DNA of 64,000 nucleotides from an uncultured virus (IMG/VR IMGVR_UViG_3300021142_001411) (IMGVR_UViG_3300021142_001411), one strand, 5' to 3'; positions 16,496 through 27,136 are shown, counted from the first letter of the stretch. Numbers and translations: made by a program. The notes: generated from the letters alone by a model not told the origin.

Positions 16496-17944
16496 ATGCA
16501 CATAACTAAACAAAACTTACTATCTTTGCTGAAACAAAATTTAAATGAAATGGCAATGGACTTCGATTCGGCGGATAGACCACATAGTGATATTACCCGT
16601 ACATTATCAACTGGTAATACACCAATAAAGAAAGTACCTCTACCAAAAACCGGTAGAGAACCAAATCAAAACTTCCAAGAGTTATTAGCATCAGAACGTT
16701 ATAAAGAAGTAATTAGTAATGTTAGACGTTATACTGGTATTCAAGATACCCTTGGGTCTAATCCTAATATGAGACTAATGCGTATGATGATGGATGCTCA
16801 TAATCAGATTATTCGTATTGAAAGGGATCATAAACAAGAACTTACACAATTAGCAATTGATATTGTTAAAGAAGAAATGGGTATTGGTGAAGATGACGTT
16901 AATTTTGATGTTAAATTAGTTAACAACCAAGAAATCAATACAAATGATTTTGAAAGGGGTCAACCAAATGAAACAAATCCAGAGGAACTAAATCCAGATG
17001 AATATGATGATGAAGAAGAAGATGATGAAGATCAACCTCAACAACCTCAACAACAAGGTAATAGAGAAGAAGAACAAATTTTCTTTAGTCTTGAAAGATT
17101 AAATATTGAAAGAGCTAGACAAAGATTATTAAATGCTATTATGCAAGGTGCATCTAAAAGAGGTCATTATTTATATCATACCGTTGAAGAAAGATTAAGA
17201 CAAATTACTGGTTCAGATCAACTTATTAATCTTTATGGTATAATGATGTCAATTAATGATACAAATTATTGGCAGTTTGGTGATAATACAATATCAGATT
17301 TTCAAAGTTCTGTAGCAGGAACTGCAGATGTTATTATGCCAAGACCTGATAATGATGAAGAAGGTGAAGAAGGTGAAGAGGGAGAAGAAGGTGAACAACA
17401 TGACCCATCTAAACCAACAATTATTGTAAGAGGTGTTAATTTTCCGGTATTGGTTCATGAATTAATTAAAGGTGCATTAAAAGTACTTACAGCACATGGT
17501 CAACCTGATTATGATAAACATCCAGAAGAAAGAGAATTATATAGACAGGTTAAAAAACATGAAAATACTTTAGAAAAAGAAATATGGGATTTGAGATTAG
17601 GACCATCAATATGGGCTAGATTAAGAGATTCTTTTCCTGATGAAGTTTTAGAAGAAAATAATAAAGATTTACAGAATTATTTATTAATGAATATCTTCTC
17701 ACTTCCAGCAAAGAAATTCTTAGTGTTTATGAAAGAAGTCATATCTGGTTCAGATAGTGGAAAACGTTTAATCTCAACGATGGTAGAATCTATCAAACAA
17801 ATGTTTAGAGATGAAGATTACCAATCCGCAATTGAAGGTTTTAATGATGATTTAGATGATATTAGTGATGATACAGATGATGAAGATTTAGGTGACTTTT
17901 TAGGTGGTTTAGGAATATCTTTATCAGATGATGATGAAGATTAA
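16496..17944 (+). CDS. Conserved hypothetical protein upstream of terminase (probable start MHITKQ)
   Basis: Long ORF with genome-typical codon use; acidic segments. Confidence 0.65.
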   Translation: MHITKQNLLSLLKQNLNEMAMDFDSADRPHSDITRTLSTGNTPIKKVPLPKTGREPNQNFQELLASERYKEVISNVRRYTGIQDTLGSNPNMRLMRMMMDAHNQIIRIERDHKQELTQLAIDIVKEEMGIGEDDVNFDVKLVNNQEINTNDFERGQPNETNPEELNPDEYDDEEEDDEDQPQQPQQQGNREEEQIFFSLERLNIERARQRLLNAIMQGASKRGHYLYHTVEERLRQITGSDQLINLYGIMMSINDTNYWQFGDNTISDFQSSVAGTADVIMPRPDNDEEGEEGEEGEEGEQHDPSKPTIIVRGVNFPVLVHELIKGALKVLTAHGQPDYDKHPEERELYRQVKKHENTLEKEIWDLRLGPSIWARLRDSFPDEVLEENNKDLQNYLLMNIFSLPAKKFLVFMKEVISGSDSGKRLISTMVESIKQMFRDEDYQSAIEGFNDDLDDISDDTDDEDLGDFLGGLGISLSDDDED

Positions 17945-17965
17945 ATTAAAAAATAGATGGATATT

Positions 17966-17997
17966 AAAAGGTGGTAATTTTTTACCACCTTTTTTTT
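17966..17997 (+). terminator. Intrinsic terminator
   Basis: AAAAGGTGGTAA-TTTT-TTACCACCTTTT followed by T run. Confidence 0.75.
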
Positions 17998-18009
17998 GTA
18001 TTTATCTAT

Positions 18010-20352
18010 ATGAATAGTAAAATAGAACAATTAAAGGAGTATGCTAGAATAATTAAAGATACCCCTTACGCATTAAGAACATATCTTCAGACATATGATA
18101 ACACGCAAAAGAAATATGTACCAATGGATTTGTTTCAGGATCAAATCCAATTGATAGAAGATTATGAAAATTACAACGAAAATATTACGAGAAAATATCG
18201 TCAGGCTGGGGTTACTACTGTAACTGCGGCATGGTTATCTAAAAAACTACAATTAGCAAAACCTGAAAACCCTGAAAGAGTTCTTCTTATTGCAAATAAA
18301 CGTGATACTGCCGTGGAAATGGCAAATAAGATAAGAAACTTTTTAGACCAATGGCCATCATGGATAAATGTTGGTTTTTCACCTGATAAGAATTCTGAAA
18401 GTAGATTTAAATTAAATAATGGTTGTGAGGTTAAAGCGGTTGCAACATCTCCCGATGCGTTACGTGGTTATACACCAACAATACTTGTATTTGATGAGGC
18501 TGCGTATATTGAAGCCGGTGAGGACTTTTGGTCAGCATCAATGGCATCCCTTTCAACAGGTGGTAAGATTATATTAATATCTTGTGTTACAAAAGATACA
18601 TATGTTTTTACAAAAAATGGTTTAGAACAAGTGTCCGATTTTATAGACGAAAATAAAACTATTGGTGATGGTTATATTGTTGATGATTATGAAATATTAG
18701 GAAAAGATAAAGTACGAAAATCTAACTTAATGTTAAATAACGGTAAACAAAAAACATTAAAAATACATACTGTTAATTCAATTTTAGAAGGTACTGAAAC
18801 ACATAAAGTATGGGGTTTTTCTAATGAATTAAATAAATATGATTGGTATAAATTATCCGAATTAAAAATTAACGATTATATCAATGTAAATTTTGGTATG
18901 AACATGTGGGGTAATCAAGATGAAATTAATTTTGAATATGATCCATCAAATAAAGAACATAATATTTTTAATCCGGGTAATAAAATAACAAAAGAATTAT
19001 CATATTTTTTAGGATTATTTATTGCTGAGGGTTCAACATATAAAAAATTAGATGAGAATGGTAAACATATTGGGAGTTCGATTACAATTACTTGTGGTGA
19101 TGATATAAGTGAATATATTAAATCAATAGGTTTAACCTTTTCATCCCACGATAATTTACACTATACCATTGGATCAAAAAGTTTTTATAGTTTTTTAGAA
19201 TATATTGGATTTGATTTAAATTTAAAAGCAAATCAAAAAATTATTCCAAAAAGATTATTAAAGATGAGTAAAGAAAATATAAAATTTTTAATAAGAGGGA
19301 TATATGATGGTGACGGTTATGTTGATAAAATTAGAGGTAGGGTTGGAATTGGCTTATCGTCTGCGGAATTGATAAACCAATTACGTATGTTACTTATTAA
19401 TTTTGGTATTTTAACTGATTTTAATATTATGAATACAAAACCAACCAAAAAAGTAAAAGTATTTTCTGTTAATTATAGAATTGTTTCAGATTCGATTAAC
19501 TCCAAAATATTCTTTGATGAAATTGGTTTTAATTTTGAACGTAAATCAAAATATTATTTTTTACACGAAAATAAAGATATTAATTATAATAACCCAAAAG
19601 ATATTATTCCAAATGGTTCTAAATTAATAAAAGAAATTTTAGTTAAAAACAATTTAAAAAGAAAAAATTTAGATAAAAAATTTAAAAAAATTTATGATGA
19701 TAATTTAAGAAAAAAAAATATTTCAAGAAAAACATTTAAAGATTTTATTGATTATTTTATTTTAAATAATTATGTGGTTAATGATATTGATAAAATTTAT
19801 TTTGAAAATTCAAAATGGGTATCAATAAAAAAAATAGAAGAGAATGAAAACGAAACCTATGATTTTTCTTTATATAATGATGATTCTGATTTTTGGTGTC
19901 ATTCTATCATTTATAATGGTATTTTAGGTCACCAAACACCAAATGGTTATGACCCAATATATTATGGTGTTTATGACCAAGCAATTCGTAAAATAAATGA
20001 TTTCCATATTACCGATTTAAGATGGTTTAAAGATCCTCGTTATACAAAAGATTTAAGATGGGTTAAATGTACTGATATTGTTCATTATATGTTAAATCGT
20101 GAATTATATAATGATGATGAAATTGTTTTATATGATTATGATATTGAAAAATATGTTGAATATATTGAGGATGGATATAAACCATTTTCAAGTTGGTTTG
20201 AATCAATGTCAAAGAAGTTCAAATATGACAAAAGAAAGATTGCACAGGAGTTGGAGTGCTTATCAAAAAACACAATTATAACCGTTAAAGATAAACAAAC
20301 AGGAGAAATAAAAAAAATGAAAATTGGTGAACTTTATAATGAATTAAAATAA
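18010..20352 (+). CDS. terL: Terminase large subunit (gp17-like), N-terminal ATPase fragment with one contiguous intein and a terminal N-intein
   Basis: KYRQAGVTT, LRGYTPTILVFDEAA, ILIS|TPNG, KIAQELE|C. Confidence 0.92.
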   Translation: MNSKIEQLKEYARIIKDTPYALRTYLQTYDNTQKKYVPMDLFQDQIQLIEDYENYNENITRKYRQAGVTTVTAAWLSKKLQLAKPENPERVLLIANKRDTAVEMANKIRNFLDQWPSWINVGFSPDKNSESRFKLNNGCEVKAVATSPDALRGYTPTILVFDEAAYIEAGEDFWSASMASLSTGGKIILISCVTKDTYVFTKNGLEQVSDFIDENKTIGDGYIVDDYEILGKDKVRKSNLMLNNGKQKTLKIHTVNSILEGTETHKVWGFSNELNKYDWYKLSELKINDYINVNFGMNMWGNQDEINFEYDPSNKEHNIFNPGNKITKELSYFLGLFIAEGSTYKKLDENGKHIGSSITITCGDDISEYIKSIGLTFSSHDNLHYTIGSKSFYSFLEYIGFDLNLKANQKIIPKRLLKMSKENIKFLIRGIYDGDGYVDKIRGRVGIGLSSAELINQLRMLLINFGILTDFNIMNTKPTKKVKVFSVNYRIVSDSINSKIFFDEIGFNFERKSKYYFLHENKDINYNNPKDIIPNGSKLIKEILVKNNLKRKNLDKKFKKIYDDNLRKKNISRKTFKDFIDYFILNNYVVNDIDKIYFENSKWVSIKKIEENENETYDFSLYNDDSDFWCHSIIYNGILGHQTPNGYDPIYYGVYDQAIRKINDFHITDLRWFKDPRYTKDLRWVKCTDIVHYMLNRELYNDDEIVLYDYDIEKYVEYIEDGYKPFSSWFESMSKKFKYDKRKIAQELECLSKNTIITVKDKQTGEIKKMKIGELYNELK
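18583..19935 (+). mobile_element. Contiguous LAGLIDADG intein (451 aa) ending His-Gln
   Basis: S|CVTKDT...LGLFIAEGS...RGIYDGDG...YNGILGHQ|T; removal restores ISTPNG. Confidence 0.9.
20257..20349 (+). mobile_element. Split intein, short N-part (31 aa) of TerL
   Basis: E|CLSKNTIITVKDKQTGEIKKMKIGELYNELK-stop. Confidence 0.88.
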
Positions 20353-20540
20353 TTGAATTTGATGGGATTTATTGGCATAGAAATTCAAAAGAAAAAGATG
20401 AAATAAGAGATGTAACCTATAAAAATTTAGGATATCAGATATTAATCATAAGTGAAAATGATTTAATAGATAAAAAAAATAAAATTAGTGATGAATTAAT
20501 TAGTAAATGTGTAAATTTTATAAAAAATGAAAATAAATAA
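20343..20540 (+). pseudogene. Start-less remnant of a Vsr/DUF559-like endonuclease
   Basis: IKIIEFDGIYWHRNSKEKDEIRDVTYKNLGYQILIISENDL...CVNFIKNENK-stop; in-frame TGA immediately upstream. Confidence 0.75.
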
Positions 20541-20850
20541 TAAATACGAAATATTAACACCAAATGGTTTTGAAGATTTTGATGGTGTACAAAAATTAAA
20601 AAAGAAAACGATTGAAATATTTTTTAATAATGATTTAAATCTTAGAGGATCATTTAATCATCAAATATATGATTATGATGGAAAACCAATTAAATTATCA
20701 AACATAAAAATTGGTGATAAAATCAAATCACATAATGGATTTTTAATAGTAAAAGACGTAAAGAAACATTATAATAAAACAAATGTTTTTGATATTATTA
20801 ATTCAGGTAAAGACCATCTTTTTTATTCAAATGATATTATTTCACATAAT
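20527..20850 (+). mobile_element. Split intein, C-part (108 aa) of TerL
   Basis: EILTPNGF, RGSFNH, VFDI, FYSNDIISHN|C. Confidence 0.9.
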
Positions 20851-21726
20851 TGTGATTTCTTAGGTTCAGGTGATGGTGTGATTTCTAGTGATATTCAAGA
20901 GAATATTAGAAAAAACATGATTAGAGTACCAAATGAAAAATATATGACAGGTACTTTATGGCAATGGAAAGAACCAATTGAAGGTCATAGATATATAATG
21001 GGTGTGGATGTTAGTAGTGGTCAAAGTGATGACTTTTCATCATTTAATATTATTGATTTTGATGATAGAGAACAAGTAATGGAATATATCGGTAAAATAC
21101 CACCAGATGATTTGGCATCAGTAGTATATAAATGGGCAATATTATATAATGCATTTATTGTTGTTGATATTACAGGTGGATGGGGTGGTGGAACTTCCAA
21201 AAAACTTAAAGATATGAATTATAAAAACTTATATTATGAGGGTGTAAACACTCAGAATATTTGGGATTATAATGCAAAGGCAATGGAAAAATTACCGGGT
21301 ATTAATTTCAATAATAAACGTGTTCAAATTGTATCTGCATTTGAAGAACAATTAAGAAAAGGATTTATTGTAAGGTCATCAAGATTATTAAATGAACTGA
21401 ATACATTTGTTTATATGAATGGTAGACCTGATCATATGAAAGGTGCACATGATGATGCAATTATGAGTATGTCAATTGCAATGTATGCTGGTGATATTTG
21501 TTTTAACCAATTACAAAGAACTGAACAAGTTAATAAGGCTATGATGGAATCATGGACAATGAGTGAAAGAACATATGAACCACAAAGATCATTATATTCT
21601 TATGGTGGTTCTTTTGATCAAATTAGTGGTATGTATATGGATAATTCACAATATGGTAATGGTTTTAATTCACCAACATTAGACCAATATAAGGAAAACG
21701 CATGGTTATTTGGTAAACAAAGATAA
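20527..21726 (+). CDS. terL: Terminase large subunit, C-terminal nuclease fragment preceded by C-intein
   Basis: SHN|CDFLGSG; YIMGVDVS; HDDAIMS. Confidence 0.92.
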   Translation: MKINNKYEILTPNGFEDFDGVQKLKKKTIEIFFNNDLNLRGSFNHQIYDYDGKPIKLSNIKIGDKIKSHNGFLIVKDVKKHYNKTNVFDIINSGKDHLFYSNDIISHNCDFLGSGDGVISSDIQENIRKNMIRVPNEKYMTGTLWQWKEPIEGHRYIMGVDVSSGQSDDFSSFNIIDFDDREQVMEYIGKIPPDDLASVVYKWAILYNAFIVVDITGGWGGGTSKKLKDMNYKNLYYEGVNTQNIWDYNAKAMEKLPGINFNNKRVQIVSAFEEQLRKGFIVRSSRLLNELNTFVYMNGRPDHMKGAHDDAIMSMSIAMYAGDICFNQLQRTEQVNKAMMESWTMSERTYEPQRSLYSYGGSFDQISGMYMDNSQYGNGFNSPTLDQYKENAWLFGKQR

Positions 21727-21779
21727 ACCTTTATTAATCATTAAAAAAGATTTATATTAATAGAAAAGTATTTATATAT

Positions 21780-24700
21780 ATGGCAGAACAAAATAACATG
21801 ACAGTATTTCAGAAATTAACTAGAATGTTTGGTTATCCCGGTCAAACTAAATCAGACGAGAAACCGGTATCACCTTCGTTTAATTTCTCAAAAGATGAAT
21901 TATTAAAAACAAATAGTAGGGAAGAATTTGAAACGGCATTATTACAATCACAACAAAGTAATTATATTGCCGATAAATGGTCAAAATTAGATCAATCAAT
22001 TTATAATCAATCAATCTATTATGAACCAAATAGAATATCTGCATATTATGATTACGAATCTATGGAATTTTGTTTGGCTGGTGATACAAAAATTGCAACT
22101 CCAAACGGTTTTATAACAATTAAGGAATTATCGGATATGGGTAAAGATCATGAATTTATTGTTTATTCATATGACCATAATTTAAAAAAAGTTGTACCTG
22201 CATGGGCACGAAATGCTCATCATACAAGAGATGAAATGACATATAAAGTTATTTTTGATGATGGGACACATATTATTGGTACATATGATCATAGACTTAT
22301 GAAAAGAGATGGTTCATTTAGTAGAATTTCTGAATTAAAACCTGGAGATTCTATGATGCCATTTTATAGAAAATCTTTTTATAATAATAAAAAATATAAT
22401 TGGGTTTATGTATGTAATTCAAATGAGGGTCATAATGGGTGGATTTCTGAACATAATTTAATTGCTGAATGGTTTTATGAAAGAAAAATAGAAAAAACTG
22501 AAGAAGTTCATCATTTAGATTTTAATGGTAAAAATAATTTACCTGAAAATTTAAAAATTATGGATATTAATGAACATCGCTCATATCATGCAAAATTAAA
22601 TAATGAAAAATTATGGTCAAATCCAGATTTTAGACAAAAAATGTCTGAAGTTGCCAAAAGAAAAGGTAAATTAAGTTGGAATGGAAAAAGAAGTGGTAAA
22701 AATAATCCCGCTTATTTTCATATGCCTTTTGATTTGATAACAGAAACCGCTAAAAAATGTAAAACATTAAAAGGAACGTCAAAAGCATTAAATATTGCAC
22801 ATACAAAATTACAGAGAGAAATAATGTGGGCTGGATATAAGGATTGGTCAACATTTTGTGACGCTTATGGTATTGAAAAATCAAAATATTCAACAGCAAA
22901 GGTAAAAGGAGATAATTATGTTTTAAATCATAAAGTAGTTTCGATTGAGCAGTATAAGATTATTCCGGTATATGATTTAACTGTTCCAGGGTATAAAAAT
23001 TTTGCAACTGATACTATTTTTTCACATAATACGCCAGAAATATCTGCAGCGTTAGACATATATGCAGAGGAATCTACAACAATGTCTGAAAAAGGTGAAA
23101 TTCTTACAATTTATTCCGAATCAAAAAGAGTTAAACATATACTTGAGGATTTATTTAATACAAGATTAGATATTAATACAAACCTACAAATGTGGGCAAG
23201 GGGATTGTGTAAATATGGAGATGATTTTGTTTACTTAAAAATAGACCCTGAAAAAGGAATTGTGGGTTGTCAACAATTACCAAACGTTGAAATAGAAAGA
23301 GTTGAGGGGGCTTCATCTAAATCCCCACAACAAATGGATAATAGGGTACCAACTAGAGAACTAAGATTTATGTGGAAAAATAAAGATTTAGAGTTTCAAT
23401 CGTGGGAAATTGGTCATTTTAGATTATTAGGCGATGATAGAAAATTACCATATGGTACTTGTTTAAAGTATAATACTAGAATTGAAACTGAAAATGGTTA
23501 TTCTGAAATACAAAATATAAAAATCGGTGATTTGGTTTGGTCATTCGACACTATTACACAAACGAAAGTTTTATCAAAAGTATTAGATACAGTAAATTCT
23601 GGTATTAAAAAAACATATAAAATTTCAACTAAAAATAATTTTATTGATGTTTCTAAAGAACATAAGGTATTATATTATAACACTAATAGTAAAAATTTTG
23701 AATATAAAAACACCTTAGAATTTAAAATTGGTGATTTATTGGTGATTAATAAGACAAACAAATATAACGTTAATACAATAATAGATAAAACAAAACCAAT
23801 AAATAACAATAATGGGTATTGGAATAATATAGATTGTGTACCAAATGTTGTGACTCCTGAATTTGCAGAACTATTTGGTTATTTAATAGGAGATGGTTGG
23901 ATAAGTAATAATGCTGTTTATATTGCTCTTTCCGAACACAAAACAATTAATGAAAAATATGTTAAATATTTGGAAGATTTTAGTGGAAAATCAATTAAAT
24001 TTCATGGTGGTGAAAATAACACTTCTCAAGGTGTTTGTAATTCTAAAATGTTGAAAGAAATTTTAATACAATTAGGATTTTCAGGTAAGTTTAACGAAAA
24101 AAGAATACCAAAATGGGTTTATTCATCGTCATATGATGTTCGTAAATCATTACTTAATGGTATTATTGATTCTGATGGTAGTTTGTTTATTGATAAATGG
24201 AATTGTTTACGTTATAATATTGAACTTTCAAATGAAGAATTAATATATGATATTAAAATTTTGGTACAATCGTTAGGTTATAAAAGTGGTAAAATATCAT
24301 CAAGATTACGTAATGGTGGTAAAATTGGTGATAGAATGTTCAAAACTCAAAGTGAATCGTTTTATTTTTATTTTTATGAATCAATATTATCACAAAAAAA
24401 GAAATACGATATACAAAATAGATTAAATGATGATTTTATTATTGAACCAATCGTTTCAATTGAAGATTCTGGCGAACATGAGACATATGATATTTTTGTT
24501 GAAAACAATAACCATAATTTTTATGCAAACGGGATTGTTGTTCATAATTCAATGTTAGATAAAATTAGAAGAATTTGGAAACAACTTTTATTAGCGGAAG
24601 ATGCTATGTTAATTTATAGAACATCTAGAGCACCTGAAAGACGTGTATTTAAAATATTTGTAGGTAATATGGATGATAAAGATATTGAACCATATGTACA

Positions 24701-25643
24701 ACGTGTTGCAAATAAATTTAAAAGACAACCTATTTCCGATCCAACAAATGGTCAAGTTGATATGAGATATAATCAAATGGCGGTTGACCAAGATTATTTC
24801 GTTCCTGTTCGTGACCCAGCACAAACAATGCCAATTGAAACATTACCAGGTGCACAAAACTTAGGTGAAATTGCCGATATTGAATATATCCAAAAGAAAA
24901 TGTTAGCTGCTTTACGTATACCTAAAGCGTTTTTGGGTTTTGAGGAAGTTGTTGGTGATGGTAAAAACTTAGCCTTAATGGATATTCGTTTTGCAAGAAC
25001 TATCAATAAAATACAAAAATCTTTAATACAAGAATTAAATAAGATTGCATTAATCCATTTATATCTATTAGGTTTAGAAGATGAATTAAATGAGTTTAGT
25101 TTATCGTTGACAAACCCATCAGCACAATCTGATTTATTGAGATTAGAACAATGGAAAGAAAAAATTACATTATATAAAGATGCAACATCCGATCAATCTC
25201 AAATGGGTATATTACCAGTATCTCACACATGGGCTAAGAAAAATATCTTGGGTATGAGTGATAATGAGGTGATTTTAGATTTACAACAACAACGTTTAGA
25301 AAGAGCAATTGGATTTGAATTAACAAATACACAATTAATTATTAAACGTTCTGGTGTGTTTGATGAGATTGATTCTAAATATGGTATACCGGAAGAAGAA
25401 AGAGAAAAAATTGAAGCTCAAGGTGGTGGTGAAGCTCCGGGAGGAGGTGGAGGACCAATGGGTGGTGGTGGTGCACCTCCGGCAGGTGGAGGTGGTGAAG
25501 GACCATTAAGTGAATCAAAAAAACATAAAATATTAGGTATGTTGGGAGAAAGTGAAAATTTTTCTGATCTTTTTAATATGGAAAAGGCACAACAGAATAT
25601 TTATGAAATAGAAACAAAAATAAAAGATATATTAAATGATTAA
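21780..25643 (+). CDS. Portal protein (gp20-like) with two inteins
   Basis: PEISAALD, LLLAEDAMLIYRTSRAPERRVF, IETLPGAQNLGEIADIEY. Confidence 0.93.
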   Translation: MAEQNNMTVFQKLTRMFGYPGQTKSDEKPVSPSFNFSKDELLKTNSREEFETALLQSQQSNYIADKWSKLDQSIYNQSIYYEPNRISAYYDYESMEFCLAGDTKIATPNGFITIKELSDMGKDHEFIVYSYDHNLKKVVPAWARNAHHTRDEMTYKVIFDDGTHIIGTYDHRLMKRDGSFSRISELKPGDSMMPFYRKSFYNNKKYNWVYVCNSNEGHNGWISEHNLIAEWFYERKIEKTEEVHHLDFNGKNNLPENLKIMDINEHRSYHAKLNNEKLWSNPDFRQKMSEVAKRKGKLSWNGKRSGKNNPAYFHMPFDLITETAKKCKTLKGTSKALNIAHTKLQREIMWAGYKDWSTFCDAYGIEKSKYSTAKVKGDNYVLNHKVVSIEQYKIIPVYDLTVPGYKNFATDTIFSHNTPEISAALDIYAEESTTMSEKGEILTIYSESKRVKHILEDLFNTRLDINTNLQMWARGLCKYGDDFVYLKIDPEKGIVGCQQLPNVEIERVEGASSKSPQQMDNRVPTRELRFMWKNKDLEFQSWEIGHFRLLGDDRKLPYGTCLKYNTRIETENGYSEIQNIKIGDLVWSFDTITQTKVLSKVLDTVNSGIKKTYKISTKNNFIDVSKEHKVLYYNTNSKNFEYKNTLEFKIGDLLVINKTNKYNVNTIIDKTKPINNNNGYWNNIDCVPNVVTPEFAELFGYLIGDGWISNNAVYIALSEHKTINEKYVKYLEDFSGKSIKFHGGENNTSQGVCNSKMLKEILIQLGFSGKFNEKRIPKWVYSSSYDVRKSLLNGIIDSDGSLFIDKWNCLRYNIELSNEELIYDIKILVQSLGYKSGKISSRLRNGGKIGDRMFKTQSESFYFYFYESILSQKKKYDIQNRLNDDFIIEPIVSIEDSGEHETYDIFVENNNHNFYANGIVVHNSMLDKIRRIWKQLLLAEDAMLIYRTSRAPERRVFKIFVGNMDDKDIEPYVQRVANKFKRQPISDPTNGQVDMRYNQMAVDQDYFVPVRDPAQTMPIETLPGAQNLGEIADIEYIQKKMLAALRIPKAFLGFEEVVGDGKNLALMDIRFARTINKIQKSLIQELNKIALIHLYLLGLEDELNEFSLSLTNPSAQSDLLRLEQWKEKITLYKDATSDQSQMGILPVSHTWAKKNILGMSDNEVILDLQQQRLERAIGFELTNTQLIIKRSGVFDEIDSKYGIPEEEREKIEAQGGGEAPGGGGGPMGGGGAPPAGGGGEGPLSESKKHKILGMLGESENFSDLFNMEKAQQNIYEIETKIKDILND
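22071..23030 (+). mobile_element. Intein (320 aa) with HNH endonuclease
   Basis: F|CLAGDT...EHNLIAE...VHHLDFNGKNNLPENL...IFSHN|T. Confidence 0.9.
23460..24548 (+). mobile_element. LAGLIDADG intein (363 aa)
   Basis: T|CLKYNT...FGYLIGDG...GIIDSDG...ANGIVVHN|S. Confidence 0.92.
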
Positions 25644-26385
25644 TAAAATGAAAAAATTTGGTGATATAAAATCAAAAATGTTAACTAAGTTAACTGAATC
25701 TTATTCTAAACAAAATAAAGAAGAAATAAAATCAATATTAAATTTGATTAAAGAAAATAAAGATTTTAAAGAACTTTATTTATTTTACGAAGAAATAGAA
25801 AATAAACATTTTGAAGATAAAGAAGTTGCTCAATTATATGTTGAACAAATTGGTTCAATGTTAAAGGAAAGAAAACCTTTGGATGGTAAATTTATTAATA
25901 AATTATCATCGGTATTAAAAGATGTTGAAATTAATGAAAATGAAATTTATAATAGTTTAGATATATTATGTGAGGAAGATTCATTATTAAACATTGATAA
26001 AAAAGTAATATCAAAGAAAAAACTTGTAGACTATTTATTAATTAAGAAAAATGTTGTTGAAAATACCGGTATAAAATATGTTCAAAACGAAACTTTATTA
26101 CACTCAGTTTTAGCAAATAATTTTAATGTACTTTATGATAACACGTTGAGCGAAAGCGAAAAAGATGAATTAAAAACTATTTTATCCTTATCACAAGAAG
26201 AATTAACAAACAAAACTACTGAATTAAAAGAATCTATTAATTTACAAATTGAAAATTTATTAAAAGAATCATCTACTGACGAATTAAAAAACTCACTTGA
26301 TAAAGTGAAGGAAGAAATTAAAACGATGGATACATCGAAACATAATTATTACAGATTAACACAATTAAAAAATGGTCTTATTTAA
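25636..26385 (+). CDS. Hypothetical coiled-coil protein in head module
   Basis: Overlaps the portal stop; helical K/E-rich. Confidence 0.65.
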   Translation: MINKMKKFGDIKSKMLTKLTESYSKQNKEEIKSILNLIKENKDFKELYLFYEEIENKHFEDKEVAQLYVEQIGSMLKERKPLDGKFINKLSSVLKDVEINENEIYNSLDILCEEDSLLNIDKKVISKKKLVDYLLIKKNVVENTGIKYVQNETLLHSVLANNFNVLYDNTLSESEKDELKTILSLSQEELTNKTTELKESINLQIENLLKESSTDELKNSLDKVKEEIKTMDTSKHNYYRLTQLKNGLI

Positions 26386-26569
26386 GACCATTTTTTATTT
26401 TCTCAGTATGTATTGCCCTTAACTTACTATCTCTCTTTTCAACAGAAGGTTTAATATATTCCTTTCTATTTTTTAAATCCTGAAGTTGTCTTGTCTTTTG
26501 AACTTTTTGTTTATAAGTTCTCAATGCAGCATCAATACTTTTTTCTTTTGTTACGTCAATTATAATCAT
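26378..26569 (-). CDS. rpsU: Ribosomal protein bS21 (63 aa; start MIIIDV)
   Basis: SIDAALRTYKQK...KNRKEYIKPSVEKR. Confidence 0.88.
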   Translation of the reverse strand: MIIIDVTKEKSIDAALRTYKQKVQKTRQLQDLKNRKEYIKPSVEKRDSKLRAIHTEKIKNGLK

Positions 26570-26674
26570 AATATAAATAATTACTGCAAATATAATAATA
26601 AATTTTGTACTATGAAATATTTTGTTTAAATTTATTATTAACAATAAACAGAATATAAAATATGTGTAAAATTA

Positions 26675-27097
26675 ATGAAGACAGGAAAGTATATACCTTT
26701 AGGGTATTATAATAACGTAAAGATAGGTTATGGTACAGTAGACTTTAAGAACTTAAAAACAATTTATTTATCCTTTAATGCATGGGTACAACCAGAAGAA
26801 ATGGAAGATTTTGATAGTTGTATTTTTAAAACAAGAAGAAGAGTAAAAGAATACATTGGAGACTTACAAGATAAATATTTTAAACAACAATGTATTGTAG
26901 ATTTGGATGTGAGGACTAAAGGAATAAAATTAGAAAAAAGATCTTTTATGGATTTGGAAATAACTTTATTTGTTAATTCACATTTTGATGTTAAATCAAA
27001 AGACACAAAAAATAAAATCAAAAATATCTTAGAATCCGTTATTGACAATAGTTTTAGCGATAAAAAATTGTTCAATTTTCATAAAACTAAGAAATAA
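26675..27097 (+). CDS. Hypothetical protein
   Basis: 140-aa ORF divergent from bS21. Confidence 0.65.
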   Translation: MKTGKYIPLGYYNNVKIGYGTVDFKNLKTIYLSFNAWVQPEEMEDFDSCIFKTRRRVKEYIGDLQDKYFKQQCIVDLDVRTKGIKLEKRSFMDLEITLFVNSHFDVKSKDTKNKIKNILESVIDNSFSDKKLFNFHKTKK

Positions 27098-27136
27098 TAA
27101 GAATATCGACATATTTATAGTAATAACAAACTATAA

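Noticed and set aside
20340..20530. Stop-codon recoding or a simple sequencing frameshift as the cause of broken TerL/ClpC/dUTPase
   Set aside because: Breaks fall exactly at intein N/C boundaries with endonuclease sequence between; other genes are full length under the standard code and no suppressor tRNA was seen.
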